Shown: positions 32,811 to 45,860 of the stretch, one piece after another
How the letters are laid out: the number at the start of each line of letters is the position of its first letter
Numbering within the stretch: position 1 is the stretch's first letter
Source: Veleropilina oligotropha
Taxonomy: Eukaryota
Assembly (NCBI GenBank): GCA_048128005.1
Contig: JBEUKZ010000111.1
Location: 124,001-188,000 of the forward strand
Length of the DNA: 64,000 nt
Direction of reading: 5' to 3'
Translations under genes and position numbers: made by a program
Notes under the pieces: generated by a model
Seen by the model: only the letters and a program-made list of their open reading frames with translations
What the model was told of the DNA's origin: nothing
Databases searched by the model: none

Positions 32811-35046
32811 TCTTAGAACGACATATACGAATTATAGAAAATCATTAAAGCATCTAAAACAATTTTCAACCCTGAAACCCAACATTTATTGGTTGAATAT
32901 GACTAACATCTTAATAAGAAGAATGTGATTATATCAAACAAATATTTATGAAAATGTATATTAGTAGCAATATACTCTACGTCATTACCAATGCCATAAT
33001 AGCCATATTATCGCTAAACCGGAAACTGTGAAAAGCGTTTTCACTTTCTTAAATCTTACACACGGTTACCTCCCTTGCTCACCTTCTATGCTCCTCCCAC
33101 GAGACCCGCCCAAGTCTCGCGAGATCTCAGAGACCAAGACCGAGCATGCTAATTTTAAGTCATCCGTCAATCAGTCCAGACGTGATTGAGTTGTTGTCTA
33201 AAATAAAATAAAACGATATTTGCTTTAAAGTGTACCTTTAAAGAGTTTCTTTCGCACAATATTGTGCCGATTATATTAAATAATCTGTGGAAACACACTA
33301 ACTGTGATTAGGAGTACTATTCGGAGCCGGATTACAAAATTTAAAGAATTGTGATTCTGGCCACGAGTTTTTCGGCCGCCATCTTGGACTTACAAGTGAA
33401 AAAAGTATCTAAAGAGGGCCGCTCAGGGAGGAAAAGTTCTTCAAGAGGGAAAGTTTCGTGTATCCGAACCTTTCAAAGGAAGAAGTGTTTTGATCTAATA
33501 TTGCTTGATATTACTGTGTAATTCATATATATATTAGATAATTCCTTAGCGGCGTATCTTGCTTAAATACTTAATACCTTTGTTCAATCGAATTTAGCGT
33601 CGCTAACAAGGCAGGTATTTAGGTATTAACGTGCGTTATTTGGCCTATCTGCCGAATCTGGGTTATTTCGCCAAAGTTCTAACCTATTGAAATCAACATC
33701 CACGAGGTTTTCAGGTGTTTTAAGGCGGCTGCTATCTATATATAGCCTCCTCTATCTATATATATCCTCCTGCATTCAATTTGTTAGTTTCCGACAAGCC
33801 GAACCATGGGCCAAGTAGCTGCGTCCAGCAGTACCTTGTCGGCTAACAAGGTACATCGGACCTTACAGCGAACGGCTGAACAGGGCAGGTGGTCCCCTTC
33901 CTCTCTTCCGGCCTCGGAAGAGCAGGGGACGGCTAGTCGTTCTGCAAGAAGCTCTATGTCAAGTGGCACACAGCAGACGGCAGAGAAAGCTGGTATAGTT
34001 GCCGGATACCACAAAGGTGGTTTAAGATCCGGACCCCCAGCGAAGCCCGACTCACTGACCGATGGTGCGACGGACCCTCTCCAGGGTTCGTCCTTACACC
34101 TCGGAGCTCACAGTCTTGTCGGAGGGCCCGTCAACTCCCCTGTCCGCCTTGGGTTCAGACTAGTTGGCGCGGATGGACCGACTGCATTCGGGATGGGCAC
34201 GCACGCGGGAGTTTCCCCCCGTCTACCCACCGCACAGAGCGACGACCATCACGGGACTGTGGCCGCAGTCTTTCGGATGTCGAGCTCCGGTTAACCCGCC
34301 TCTTGGCCAGTTCTCTGATAACAACCGCTCGACAGGCGATGCGACACCCTGGTTATCATATCAACCTGGCCCAGCAACCCGTCTACCATGTGCCACAGTA
34401 TCCTCGAGCGATCCACTGGTTGTTGGATCGACGCCCGTCATGCCTGCTGGTCTCTCTCTGGAGAGTATCCAGGCAATGATTGCGGCGGAATTCGAGGCCC
34501 GCAGTAGGGCCTGGCTCCCCGGCTGCTCATCCGCCCCAGGTCCCTGCTCCTCTGCCTGATGCGCAGAGCTCGGCTCCTGCTTCGGTGATTGAGGTCGACC
34601 CTCGTTCCGACGAGGACGTCCCCTCCGATCGTTCCGATCTCCTTGAATCGGTCGGTTCCGATGACTCTCGTAGTCAATCTGGCATGCAGGAGCCGATCTC
34701 CACCACCCGCCGAGGATACGACGCAGTCGCGTCGGTTCACGGGGTGTTAGATCTACCCGGCCCGGCAGGTAGGTACGGTCAAACACAGGACGGCAGCACA
34801 CCGTTTTGCCGAGTCTGAAGCTTCCCTGCTTCCTGTACTCTCCCAGTCTGGCTTGGTGGATGTGGTCCTTGATCAGACCACCCGGGCCATTCAGGGAGGC
34901 AAAACAGTGGAGACTTCTTCTCCCACGGAGTTCCCTCGGGGCCTCCGTAGAGAATGATACCTCCGGCCCAGTAAGCGATGTTTACCGATAGCCTTTTCTG
35001 AGCCGTGCCTGGTGGCTGAACCGGCACAGATTGACGTAGCGATGCG

Positions 35047-35712
35047 TTGTCTGTCCGCCAGCCAATCTCCCTCGGTAGCGAAGGTACCATGGGCCGCCAT
35101 GGATGCCTTCAAGAGCTCTGCCCGACGGGCTCTGGGCTGTCTTCCGTACAGGACTCGTTCCTGGACGGTGCGATAGCCGTTCTACAGGAGGACGGACCTG
35201 GTGCTCGAGAGACCGCCCTGTCTTTCCTCCACGAGGTTGCCACTGCCACGGAGAGCAACGCGTTGGAGTCCGTGCATGTCCTAGGCAACGCGCTCCTACT
35301 TCGTAGGGACGCCGGCCTCGAGGGCACATCGTTAGATGACGCCACCCGGCGTTTTCTGCGATGTGCGCCCTTGTCGGCCCCGACTCTCTTCGGAGGCGAG
35401 TTCGCTGAATTCGTTGACAAGATAGCCACTGGGCTGAAGGATCGCGCGATTGAGGGAGCAGTGTTGACCACCCCTCGGGGTCCTCCTCCTGCCCCCTCAT
35501 GGAAGCCCTCGGCTCCGTCCCGGGTCCCGAAACCTTCCAAGCGTGCCAAACCTTCTCGGGGTGGGCCTCCGGCCCGGAAATCCAACGAGAAGAAGGCCCT
35601 CCAACCAGATCCCGTCGGAGCGGGATGGGAAAACCGTCACGGCCCGGTAGGGTTGCCGACACTCGCGACACGCACAACTGCGCGCTTCCGCCGGTGGGAG
35701 CGTGTCTGTTAG
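35047..35712 (+). pseudogene. DIRS gag-like ORF remnant
   Basis: LLLRRDAGL...LRCAPLSAPTLFG resembles the DIRS ORF1 motif. Confidence 0.65.
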
Positions 35713-37300
35713 ACTACCACCAGACGTGGCTGGAGCCTACAGACAGCAGCTGGGTCCACTCAGTCGTGAGTGCTGGATAAAGTTGACATTCAACCGGCAT
35801 TCAACCCTAACCGTGACACCACCACCAAGACGCGCTCGCCTCCTTCACGGAGAGAAGCCAGTGGTCTTAGACCAGGCAGTGCGGAACTTACTCCTGATAG
35901 GAGACATCTTTCCCGCGCCGCCCAGCACACCAGGATTCTACAGCTAATACTTCCTGGTCACGAACCCCGATGGCCACTGGAGACCGATCCTCGATCTATC
36001 GCACCTCAACCGCTATTGGCGTACTGAGAAGTTCCGGCGAGAAACACTCTCGAAGTTACGAGTGGCCATCCGTCCGGGCGACTGGGATGCGTACTTCGGC
36101 TCGGCTCATCAGTACCTCAGGTTTATGCACGGGGAGACGATCTACCAAGTAAGGTGTCTACTGTACGGTCTATCGTCAGCCCCCTACGTCTTCACGAGAA
36201 CAGTACAGGCCCTCGGGACCTTCCTACATTCTGTAGGGCATAGGGTACATATTATGTACCTCGACGACTGGCTGATCCTCGGGGCGTCCCGGGATCTGTG
36301 CCTCCAGTCTGCGAGCTTTACCCTGTCATCGTCGAAGCGCCTCGGATTTCCGATTAACGAGACCAAATCCTGCTTCGTGCCCTCGACGACGTTTACGTTT
36401 CACGGAGTCGTCTTCGACACGGTCCGGTACACCGCGAAGCCGACCGAAAAACGTATCAAGAACCTATGCGCAGTTATCCAGGACACGAGGTCATTGGGGA
36501 TAGCCACGGCGCGACAACTGGCCACTGTCTTAGGGCACATCGAGTCGGTAGCGCCCCTTATACCGACGGGATGGACAAACAACCGTTATAGCAGGCCTTT
36601 AAAGACCGTTGGGTGCAACGGACGGGACAGTGGACGGATCGTATCGATCTTCGGCATTGGTTCCAATCACTCGACAGCAGGGTGGCTGAACCCTGCTTTG
36701 CCGAGCCAGTCGGTTCTCATATCCCCGCCAGAGCCGAATGCCTTCCTATACACGGACACTTTGAACGTGGGCTGGGATGGTCACCTCGACAGTTACGAGA
36801 CATCGGGCCTATGGCCGACGGTCCTGCAGGGACGACACATAAACTACCTACAGTTAGAAACGGTCTACCTGACATATGGTCATTCTCGTCACATCTCCGC
36901 TACAAGCATATAATGCTCGCCACGGACAACACGACTGTCATTGCATACATTCAACACCAGGGCGGCACTCGCTCGCGTCCCCTGTGCGACCGGGCTATCG
37001 ACCTACACTGCCTAGTGATGTCCCTCAACTCGACGATACGAGCACGACACATCCCGGGAAAATTGAACGCCCGAGCGGACTCGCTGTCTCGGAAATCACA
37101 GATTGTACACACAGAGTGGACGCTACTGACCAGGTAGCTCTGGAAGTTTGTCACAACCCCAAGTCGATCTGTTCGCATCATAATTCATTCACCGACTCCC
37201 TCTGTATGTCTCGCCGGACCCGGTCGCCCTAACGGTCGACGCGCTGTCAATGACATGGGAGAATCTGATCGCTTACGCCTTTCCCTCCGCCGTGCATACT
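35690..37300 (+). pseudogene. DIRS reverse transcriptase / RNase H / methyltransferase-like region (frameshifted)
   Basis: GHWRPILDL, YGLSSAPYVFTR, YLDDWLI, TDNTTVIAYI, HIPGKLNARADSLSR and VDLFAS motifs. Confidence 0.92.
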
Positions 37301-37504
37301 ACGGCTTGTTCTACAGAAGGCATTGCGAGATCGCTGCGAGATAACGCACGCAGCCTTGGTTTCTGATTCTTCTCGATCTTATCGTTTATCTACCGGTAGC
37401 ACGACCGCAGAGACCGGGCCTGTCAATGCAACCGCGCTCAAGGGTGTTACACCCGTCGTCGAACGTACTTCGTTTACACGCTTGGCAGTTTATCGAACGA
37501 TCGC

Positions 37505-37947
37505 TTGTTGAGAAAGGATTTCTCACGCCGCATTAACCGATCGCGGAGACAATCTACATCTAAAGTCTACGACTATCAATGGTTAAAATTTGTGGGTTGG
37601 TATCACAGGCGGGAAGTCAATATAATTATTATTCACCATTCCCCTGTGAGCAAGTGTATCGAATTTATTACGTCGTTATTCGAACGAGACTGTCAGTCTT
37701 GGCCGTCAAAGGTTATCGGGCCTCGATCTCGACTACGCGCAAAGCAATGTCGCTCCCGAATTGGCTTTTCGTCGGCCATACTATTTCTGACTTTATAAAG
37801 TCTTACGAACTCGAAAGACCGATTAGCATGCCGCGACCTGCTTGGAATATCGTCCTTATCCTTAACGCTCTGCTAGAAGGGCCGTTCGAGCCGCTATGTA
37901 TTAATGTTTCCTTACGTAACCTTACCTACAAACTGTGTACTGTGTAG
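37505..37947 (+). pseudogene. DIRS tyrosine recombinase N-terminal remnant, 3'-truncated
   Basis: RRQSTSKVYDYQW, VKGYRASIS and PAWNIVLILNALLEGPFEPL; the catalytic C-terminal part is missing. Confidence 0.75.
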
Positions 37948-38239
37948 ATTGCTCTGACATAAAATTGGTCTCTGAGATCTCGCGAGACTTGAGCAGGTCT
38001 CGTTGATGAACATAGAAGGTGAGCAGGGGAGGTAAGTGTGTGTACGATTTAAGAAAGTGAAAACGCTTTTCACAGTTTCCAGATTAGCGATAATATGGCT
38101 ATTATGGCATTGGTAATGACGTAAGTATATTCTAACTAATACTAGGTTTACTTGAAAACCTTCTTTCTTTAAATAAGGAAACCCATCACATAATACAAAA
38201 AGTATGTGTTTAGCTCATCATAGTGCATAGATATTGAAG

Positions 38240-39310
38240 GTTCGTGTAATGTTATGGCGGCCATCTTGGATTTATTGTGTCCATTTTGGAAAAGTGTGAT
38301 CGTTTCAAACCAAAATTAATGAAATTATATTATTTAAATCAATGCACCTGTCAAATAGCCTATAAATTCCATCATTATCAGGTCAGAGTGAAAGTGTGCA
38401 TTGAAATTTATACAAATTTTCATGCAGTGTTATGGTGACCATCTTTGATTTTCTCATACCCATTTTGGAACAGCATGATCCCTTCAAACAAAAAATAATG
38501 AAATCGTATTTTTAAATAAGTACATCTGTCAAATGACATATAAATCATGTCATTATCTCGTCAGAGTGCAAATGTGTATTGAAATTAATATACTTTCGTG
38601 CAGTGTCATGGCGACCATCTTTGATTTTCATTGTGATCGTTTCTAACAAAAATTAATGAAATTGTATGATTTAAATCCGTACAACAACCAAAAATACTAT
38701 CAAATATACTATCATTATCTCGTCAGAGTGCAAAAGTATATTGAAATTGGCAATTTTTCGTACAGTGTTATAGCGGCCATCTTGGATTCCTCACTACCCA
38801 TCATGGAACAGTGTGCTTGTCGCAAGCAATTATTGATGAAAATGTATTAAATCAATAAACATGTCATATGATCTTCAAATCTTTTCGTTATATAGCAATT
38901 TGTCAATTTTCGTACAGTGCTCGAAAGGCCAGCTTGGATTTTCACATTGTCCATCTGGAACAGTCTGCTAATTTCAAAGAAATGTTGATGAAATTTTTAT
39001 CTTTAAATCTGTAAACTTGTTAAATTATTTACACATCTTGTCTTTACCTCGTCTGAGTGCAAATATATCGCAATTTGTCCAGTTTCGTGTGGTGCTATAT
39101 GGTGGCTATCTTGGATTTACTCATTATCCATCTTGAAACAGTGTGCTCATTTCAAAGAAGTATTGATGGAACTGTATTATTTAAATCAGTAAACCTGTCA
39201 AATAACCTATAAATATTGTCTTTATTTCATCTGAGTGCAAAGATATTAATATCAAATTTTGCCGATTGTTGTGCAGAGTTATGGTGGCCATGTTGGATTT
39301 TCTCAATTTG
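38240..39310. repeat. Degenerate ~170-bp tandem repeat with (AT)GGCGGCCATCTTGGATTT core
   Basis: Core recurs at about 38255, 38432, 38608, 38772, 38927, 39100 and 39281. Confidence 0.8.
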
Positions 39311-39603
39311 CTCTGTTGGTAGATAACCTAGATTTGCAGATTTGGTTTTGGTATCACTACATGCATGTCTAATGTCAATAAAAATTCTTTGATTGTGGAT
39401 GTACCCAAGTAATCATATTCCTAAAATTTTCTAATAATATACTAGAGTACATACCATCATGTTTTTGTTCTGTACCGGTACATATTTTTGCCAAAAAGAC
39501 ACGAATTGACAAGATACACCTTCGGAGCGCTGATAAAATTCTCTTTCAAAGGATTCATCATTTAACTTTATGTAAATTTTGTCTAGGTAAGCTCAAAATT
39601 CTA

Positions 39604-40510
39604 CTGGATAAAACTTCCACTAAGTTTGCTTGAACATAGCTGCATGAAAACAAACCGGGGGAATCATTGTTATATATGCATTTAAAGAGTGTTCCATTAT
39701 GCATCGTTTTGTGGAAAAATTATAGTCATAGGTTAACAGAAAATGCGAGAAATTTTGACCAAGTGAGGTACGGGTTAAACAAAAAATAACACTATTAACG
39801 GGTATGACCACCTCTTGATTTGACCCCTGCAGTGCATCGCCGGCGCATAAAATTGACTAAAGTGTTGATTTCTGCCTGTGGAATATTGTTCCATTCCCGA
39901 ATGAGTGCTTGACGAAGTTCGCTGACGTTCGCGGGTGGGTTGGGACGACGCATAACTCGTCTGTCCAGACTATCCCAGACGTGCTCGATCGGGTTGAGAT
40001 CAGGACATTTAGCGGGCCAGTCATCAATGAAATCAAGGTTATTTGTCCTAAGAAAATTTACAACATCTACAGATCGTTTCGGGGGCGGGGGTTCTGTCAT
40101 GGTTTGGAGAGCCAGTGTCCATGGTTATCGTTCACCACTAGTCGTCATTGATGGCAAATTAAATGCTCTACGCTTCCGCAATGACATTATCACCCATCAC
40201 GTCATTCCTATGTTGCATAACAACGACAACATGTCGATTTTTCAGCATTATAATGCCGCATCACAAACAGCTAGAGACACTGTACATTTTCTTAGGACAA
40301 ATAACATTGATGACTGGACCGCTGAAAGTCCTGAGGTGGTCATACCCGTTATTAGGTGTTATTTTGGTTTAACGCCTACCTCACTTGGTCAAAATTTCTC
40401 GAATTTTCTGTTACCTATGACCATAATGTTTGCATAACAATGAATCCGACGGTTTGTTTTCATCCAGCTATGTTCAAGGAAACTTATCGGAAGTTTATTT
40501 TTGTGTTCAG
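39604..40510. mobile_element. Rearranged Tc1/mariner derivative with ~210-bp inverted arms, TA flanks and transposase fragments on both strands
   Basis: WPAKCPDLNPIEHVW...GGHTR on the - strand; FGGGGSVMVW and IFQHYNA on the + strand; arms at ~39604-39815 and ~40333-40510 are reverse complements. Confidence 0.85.
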
Positions 40511-41828
40511 TACATATACATGTATGTGTGTATATTGTGCACATGCTTTTCGTTATGTATATGGGATTTGATTGGTTACATATTACTGTATTTATTTATT
40601 AGGACATCAAAGTGAGGCTGTAAGACGTAAGCGTACAAAGCCCGAGCGCAAAGCAAAGCTCTATGATGTAGTGCATTCATCAACCGCATCGAAAAAACCA
40701 ACAACGTCCCTGGTCAAGTCTAAATAATTATTACCAGCAGATCAACTACGAATGAACTCGCGGAAGCCTCTGTGAACACATCGTCGAATATCACGATAAA
40801 CATAGATTTAAAAATACTTTTTGTCTTGGAGCAAATTGTTAAAATATATTAAATATTTGAATATACATTTGTTGTGTTCGATCAAGGTATTTATTTGTTT
40901 CATTGGTTTGCAATCTCATCGGATTGTCCTTGTTTTCATGCTGAATACACAATACAAGTAATCAACACGAGCATGTGTCCTTGATACGCACCAGTAGCTG
41001 GTGATCTCGTTTGAAGGTCATTAACAGTAAACATTCTGTGAAATTTTTCAGCAATTAATATGTCTATTATATAATATGTTTTAAAATAATGCGATGGATA
41101 AACTGGTGTAGTGACACTGTGAATTTGAAACACATATTAATTATTCTTTTATTATTATCTAACTGTCCAATCAAATTGTGTTGCAATATGATCCTCGCTT
41201 TGAAAATTTCTTATTGTTGCAGTTGGCGCCAATAATTTGTTAATGCCTCTTGCCAAGTAGGTAAGTGCGGAAGTTTTTTTACTTTTGTAAAGTCCTATAA
41301 TAACACAATTTTAAAGGTTCGTAATGTGCAATATTTTTATTTTTATTGAATGTACATATATTATATAAGTAACATTTATTCTTGACATTTGCATCGTAAC
41401 ATCGTATTGACTCATTGAGGTAAGTTTTCTGTATGCCTGCTTATCAACTCCACTCGATCCTGTCTGATGACTCTGACCGATCGGTGCCATAGTGGATAAG
41501 GACGTGACTCCGGCAGATGCTGACGGGGTTTCCTCCCGTGACGATATTAACCGTTTGAGTGGTCAGATAAACGGGTCAAGGTAAATTTATACAGTGCTTA
41601 TAACATGTAACTTAAATGACGTCCAATTGATTTTTCAAGACGTTTGAAATCAGTTTTAGCAATGTGTGATATGTCCATTAAGCAAGCTTTCCGTACTTCT
41701 ATGGCTATGCCAGCGAAGCAAAGTTCGTGGCGCTACGCACTGCAGGCAAAGCCACGATCGTCGCTGTAAGCACTAAAGAGGTTGGGCATCGATTCGAACC
41801 AAACCTGCTATCAGCGTTTGAACTCATC

Positions 41829-42320
41829 ATTTATCCGCAGAAGGCTTGTTGTACACGCCAGTGCAGCCTATGTATTTATCCGCAGAAGCACTTGTTGTAC
41901 ACGCCAGTGCAGCCTATGTATTTATCCACAGAAGCACCTGTTATACACGCCAGTGCAGCCTATGTATTTATCCCCAGAAGCACCTGTTATACACGCCAGT
42001 GCAGCCTATGTATTTATCCCCAGAAGCACCTGTTATACACGCCAGTGCAGCCTATGTATTTATCCACAGAGGCACCTGTTATACACGCCAGTGCAGCCTA
42101 TGTATTTATCCCCAGAAGCACCTGTTATACACGCCAGTGCAGCCTATGTATTTATCCCCAGAAGCACTTGTTATACACGCCAGTGCAGCCTATGTATTTA
42201 TCCCCAGAAGCACCTGTTATACACGCCAGTGCAGCCTATGTATTTATCCCCAGAAGCACCTGTTATACACGCCAGTGCAGCCTATGTATTTATCCCCAGA
42301 AGCACCTGTTATACACGCCA
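41829..42320. repeat. 46-bp minisatellite, about 10.5 copies
   Basis: TACACGCCAGTGCAGCCTATGTATTTATCCCCAGAAGCACCTGTTA, period 46. Confidence 0.97.
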
Positions 42321-43074
42321 GGGCAGATTACACATGCCATTGCAAGGAATCTTTTCTGTTTTTTACACATGGCAAGCTGGTTAAATTACGTATTGACTAT
42401 CACCACCTTGCACATTCAGGGTGCATTATAGTTGCTTTGTATGTTTGGTTTTGACCAAAGGCGCTATCGCGGAAGAAAAGGCCGGAAACACCACTATCTC
42501 CTGCAAGATATGGACAACTGTAACTGATAATATATGTTCGAATACACTCCTGTTCGACAGCGCTCTCTCGAAGTACTCTTATCCACTCGGCTAACGAAAC
42601 GACGTGTTGTGTATATACTGCTTAATATTGCATATAGTCGGGTTTGTATGGCGCTATATAATGCCATTGGCATTAATGTGAATTGAGATGATATAACATA
42701 TTATCACATGACAAAGCTGTTATGGCACGGTTCAAGCCGTTCCATAAATTTCAATAAAAAAGACACGTTTCATAAGTATGCAAATGAGGGCGAACATGAC
42801 GGCCGATCATCGCATCTGGCGCCAAGTTGATTAGGCGGCGTATCACCCCCATTAACATATTGAATAATTCATACGCGTTGACTCGTCGATTACCAACGTT
42901 GAACTATTTTTTATTGGCGTACTGGCGTGGCGCGTGCTTTCGATGCGTGGTGCGTCTGAGGCAATGCCAATTTATGGCTGAAAGTACTGACAGAAATTAG
43001 TTTTAAAACGTAAAGAAATGCGTTTAAAAACGCAATAAAATAAGTTTAAAGGTAAATAAAGTCATGTGATAAAG

Positions 43075-43218
43075 AAGATATGAAACTTGTGTCCATTTCA
43101 TATGATAATTATGAAACTCGTCAGCAAATTTATGTACCTCGCCAAGGCTCGGTACATAAATTGTGCCCGACTCGTTTCATAATTCTCATATGGAATGGAC
43201 ACTCGTTCGATATCCTAT
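43075..43218. repeat. Imperfect ~140-bp palindrome (long hairpin)
   Basis: GTGTCCATTTCATATGATAATTATGAAAC...TTTATGTACC pairs with GGTACATAAATT...GTTTCATAATTCTCATATGGAATGGACAC. Confidence 0.8.
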
Positions 43219-45611
43219 ATTTATGGCATGTTGGTGGAAATATTACGCGAGTTTGACGAATCTGTGCATTTCGCGAATTCGTAACTAGCGCAAATAACGA
43301 ATGGCAACGTGTGCATTGTCGAATACAGTACATTGTAATATTATATATTAATTAACAAAACAATATTGGGCGTGTATGTGTGTCCGGTAATATGTGTGTG
43401 AAATAATTCTGGATTCTTCGAGGAAATATAAATGATGTTTAGGCTGATTTTATGTGTTGACCTGTTTCTAATACCTTGATTCACTTTTCTCATAAATGGT
43501 GTTAATGAAGTTGGATGTGTATTTTGTTCGGGATTGCATTGTAAGTTTTTAACCATATTTATACTTTTGACACACGTCTTGTGATTAGAACTGCGATAAG
43601 AACCAATAAGTAATATTTTGTAATAACATGGAATTGATACCCTTTGCACAATTATTATTTCATTTTCATATCATGTGGTGTAATTTGGCAATCTCTAGAA
43701 TTTGTGAAGATGATAATTCCAAAATGTAAGTTATTGATAAAATATTTCGTAAATTATTCTTTATTTTTCAGATATCATGTGCAAATAGATTATCTCGATA
43801 AAATATGACAGGGACATGTTTATTTATTGTTCCATTTCTTGTGCTATGTAAAGATTTCGACGAGTCACGATAGATGAGGACAAAGTTCTAATTCAAATAA
43901 GGGTGGATCCACCTGGCCGGATATGCCACCTGATATTTGGGCAGAAAAAGAGTTCATTTATATTAATTTATATTGGGAAAGGTTTGTTCTCTTCATGCAC
44001 TCTGTGTCACAATATAACTGTATGTGATTTATTTTTGTGTACATGTTTTGTGGTATGGCTTCGGGTCTGTTATTATTGTCATGGTATGGCCGAGTGTTGT
44101 GGGCGTGTGTTTATAGAAGTGTGCCAGATATGTTGTGCGCCAAAAGGCTTGCTGCACGCATTGACGGCTGTGTCCTTTTCAGGAATACGTTACGTAATAA
44201 AATTTGGGTATTGTCAGGAGGTGATTTGCATGCATTATTTGCGGTATCATCTGCAGTATCATTTGCAGTGATATCTTGTACACAGGCGGACGGATGTTTG
44301 TATCGGGGTCACCACAGTCGATCCGACTTGTCCGAGTTACGACAGTCGTGGCCAGAGTATACGACATATGGCCGTGCTACGTTGGGCGGCGAGCCGGAGG
44401 AGCTATGTGGAGAGACTACTAGCAACGTGGGTCTCACCATAGCCTAGGGCAACCTAAAATCTCTTGTGTGCAATCGCCAACGAGAAATTTACAGGACGAG
44501 CGGACGTTATTCCGAAAACAATTGACTTGATTCCGCTGACACAAACTGTTGTGGGTTCGACCCCCCGGCTGAGGCATCACACATTTGTTCATGTTATGTA
44601 TCACAGTTGTCCGTGACTGGTCGAAGAGGGCGGATTTACCTGGGCGACCGGGCCTTCCTCCCACGATAATTGGGACATGTCCTGGTTTGAACCAAATGAT
44701 GGTTGGAAATATACAGGACGTGAAGCAACGATTCTTTCTTTCCTTTCTTTCGACCACATCACATTTTATAATCGTGAAATAGTATTCCATCATAGCACTG
44801 ATTTATTTAAATTATTATTGAAATTGCTGCTTTTAGTATCTTTTTCAGGAGAGTCACTGATGCAATTAAGGTGAGAAACATGTACATGGTTGTATGTGTA
44901 AGGTAAGCCGACTGATTTATATTCAAATCTGATGTATATTTGTCTTCTGGGGATTGTTTCTTAGCATGTTTCATATTCAATCTTATCATTGACTTAATTT
45001 GAATTGTTTCTAAATTAATACATTTATTATCTTTTAAGGAAAGATCCTGATGCAGAAGATACCTGTGCATGGATCGTATGTGTAAGGTAAATGGACTAAT
45101 TTGTATCAAATCTGGTGGAAATGTTTGCTTTGGTGAGGTTTCATAGCATGTTCCATGTCAGTTTTAACAAATTTCGACCATATCACATTTTATAATGGTG
45201 AAATAGTATTCCATCTTTGCACTGACTTATTTGAATTATTATAGAAATTGATGCTTTTATTATCTTTTTCAGGACAGTCGTTGATGCAGTTAGGGTGACA
45301 AACATGTACATGGTTGTATGTGTAATGTAAGCCGACTAATTTATATTCAAATATGATGTATATTTGTCTTTTGGGGATTGTTTCTTAGCATGTTTCATAT
45401 TCAATCTTATCATTGACTTAATTTGAATTGTTTTCTAAATTAATACATTAATTCTCTTTTTCAGGAAAGTTGCTGATGCAGAAGAAACCTGTGCATGGAT
45501 CGTATGTGTAAGGTAAATGGACTAATTTGTATCAAATCTGATGTAAATGTTTGATTTGGTGAGGTTTCTTAGCATGTTTCATGTCCATTTTAAGAAATTT
45601 CGACCATATCA

Positions 45612-45860
45612 GGCCGCTTCGACAGTATAGTGGTACGTTTGTGGATCCCGAAAATCACTGACTTGATTCCGCTGACGCAAAGACTTGTGAGTTCGACCCC
45701 CGGCTGAGGCATCACACATTTCTTCAAGTTATGAATCACAGTTGTCTGTGACTGGTCGAAGAAGGCAGGTTTACCCGGGCGACCGGGCTTTCCTCCTGCG
45801 ATAATATGGACATGTCCTGGTTTGAACCAAATGATAGTTGGAAATATACAGTACATTAAG
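45612..45860 (+). mobile_element. tRNA-derived SINE co-amplified in the satellite (other copies near 44515, 46755, 56778, 57477 and 61435)
   Basis: A-box-like AGTATAGTGGTA, B-box GAGTTCGACCCC, and GGTTTACCCGGGCGACCGGGCTTTCCTCC central hairpin. Confidence 0.7.

Larger units (their letters stand above)
32959..38141 (+). mobile_element. Decayed DIRS-type tyrosine-recombinase retrotransposon between ~175-bp inverted repeats
   Basis: Inverted repeats at ~32959-33137 and ~37965-38141; internal gag, RT, RNase H, MT-like and truncated YR remnants. Confidence 0.85.

Noticed and set aside
41829..42320. 46-bp repeat array as a CRISPR array
   Set aside because: Units are contiguous with no unique spacers, there are no cas genes, and the context is eukaryotic; it is a minisatellite.
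45612..45712. tRNA genes here and at 27665
   Set aside because: A/B-box-like motifs without a convincing cloverleaf, followed by SINE-type bodies.
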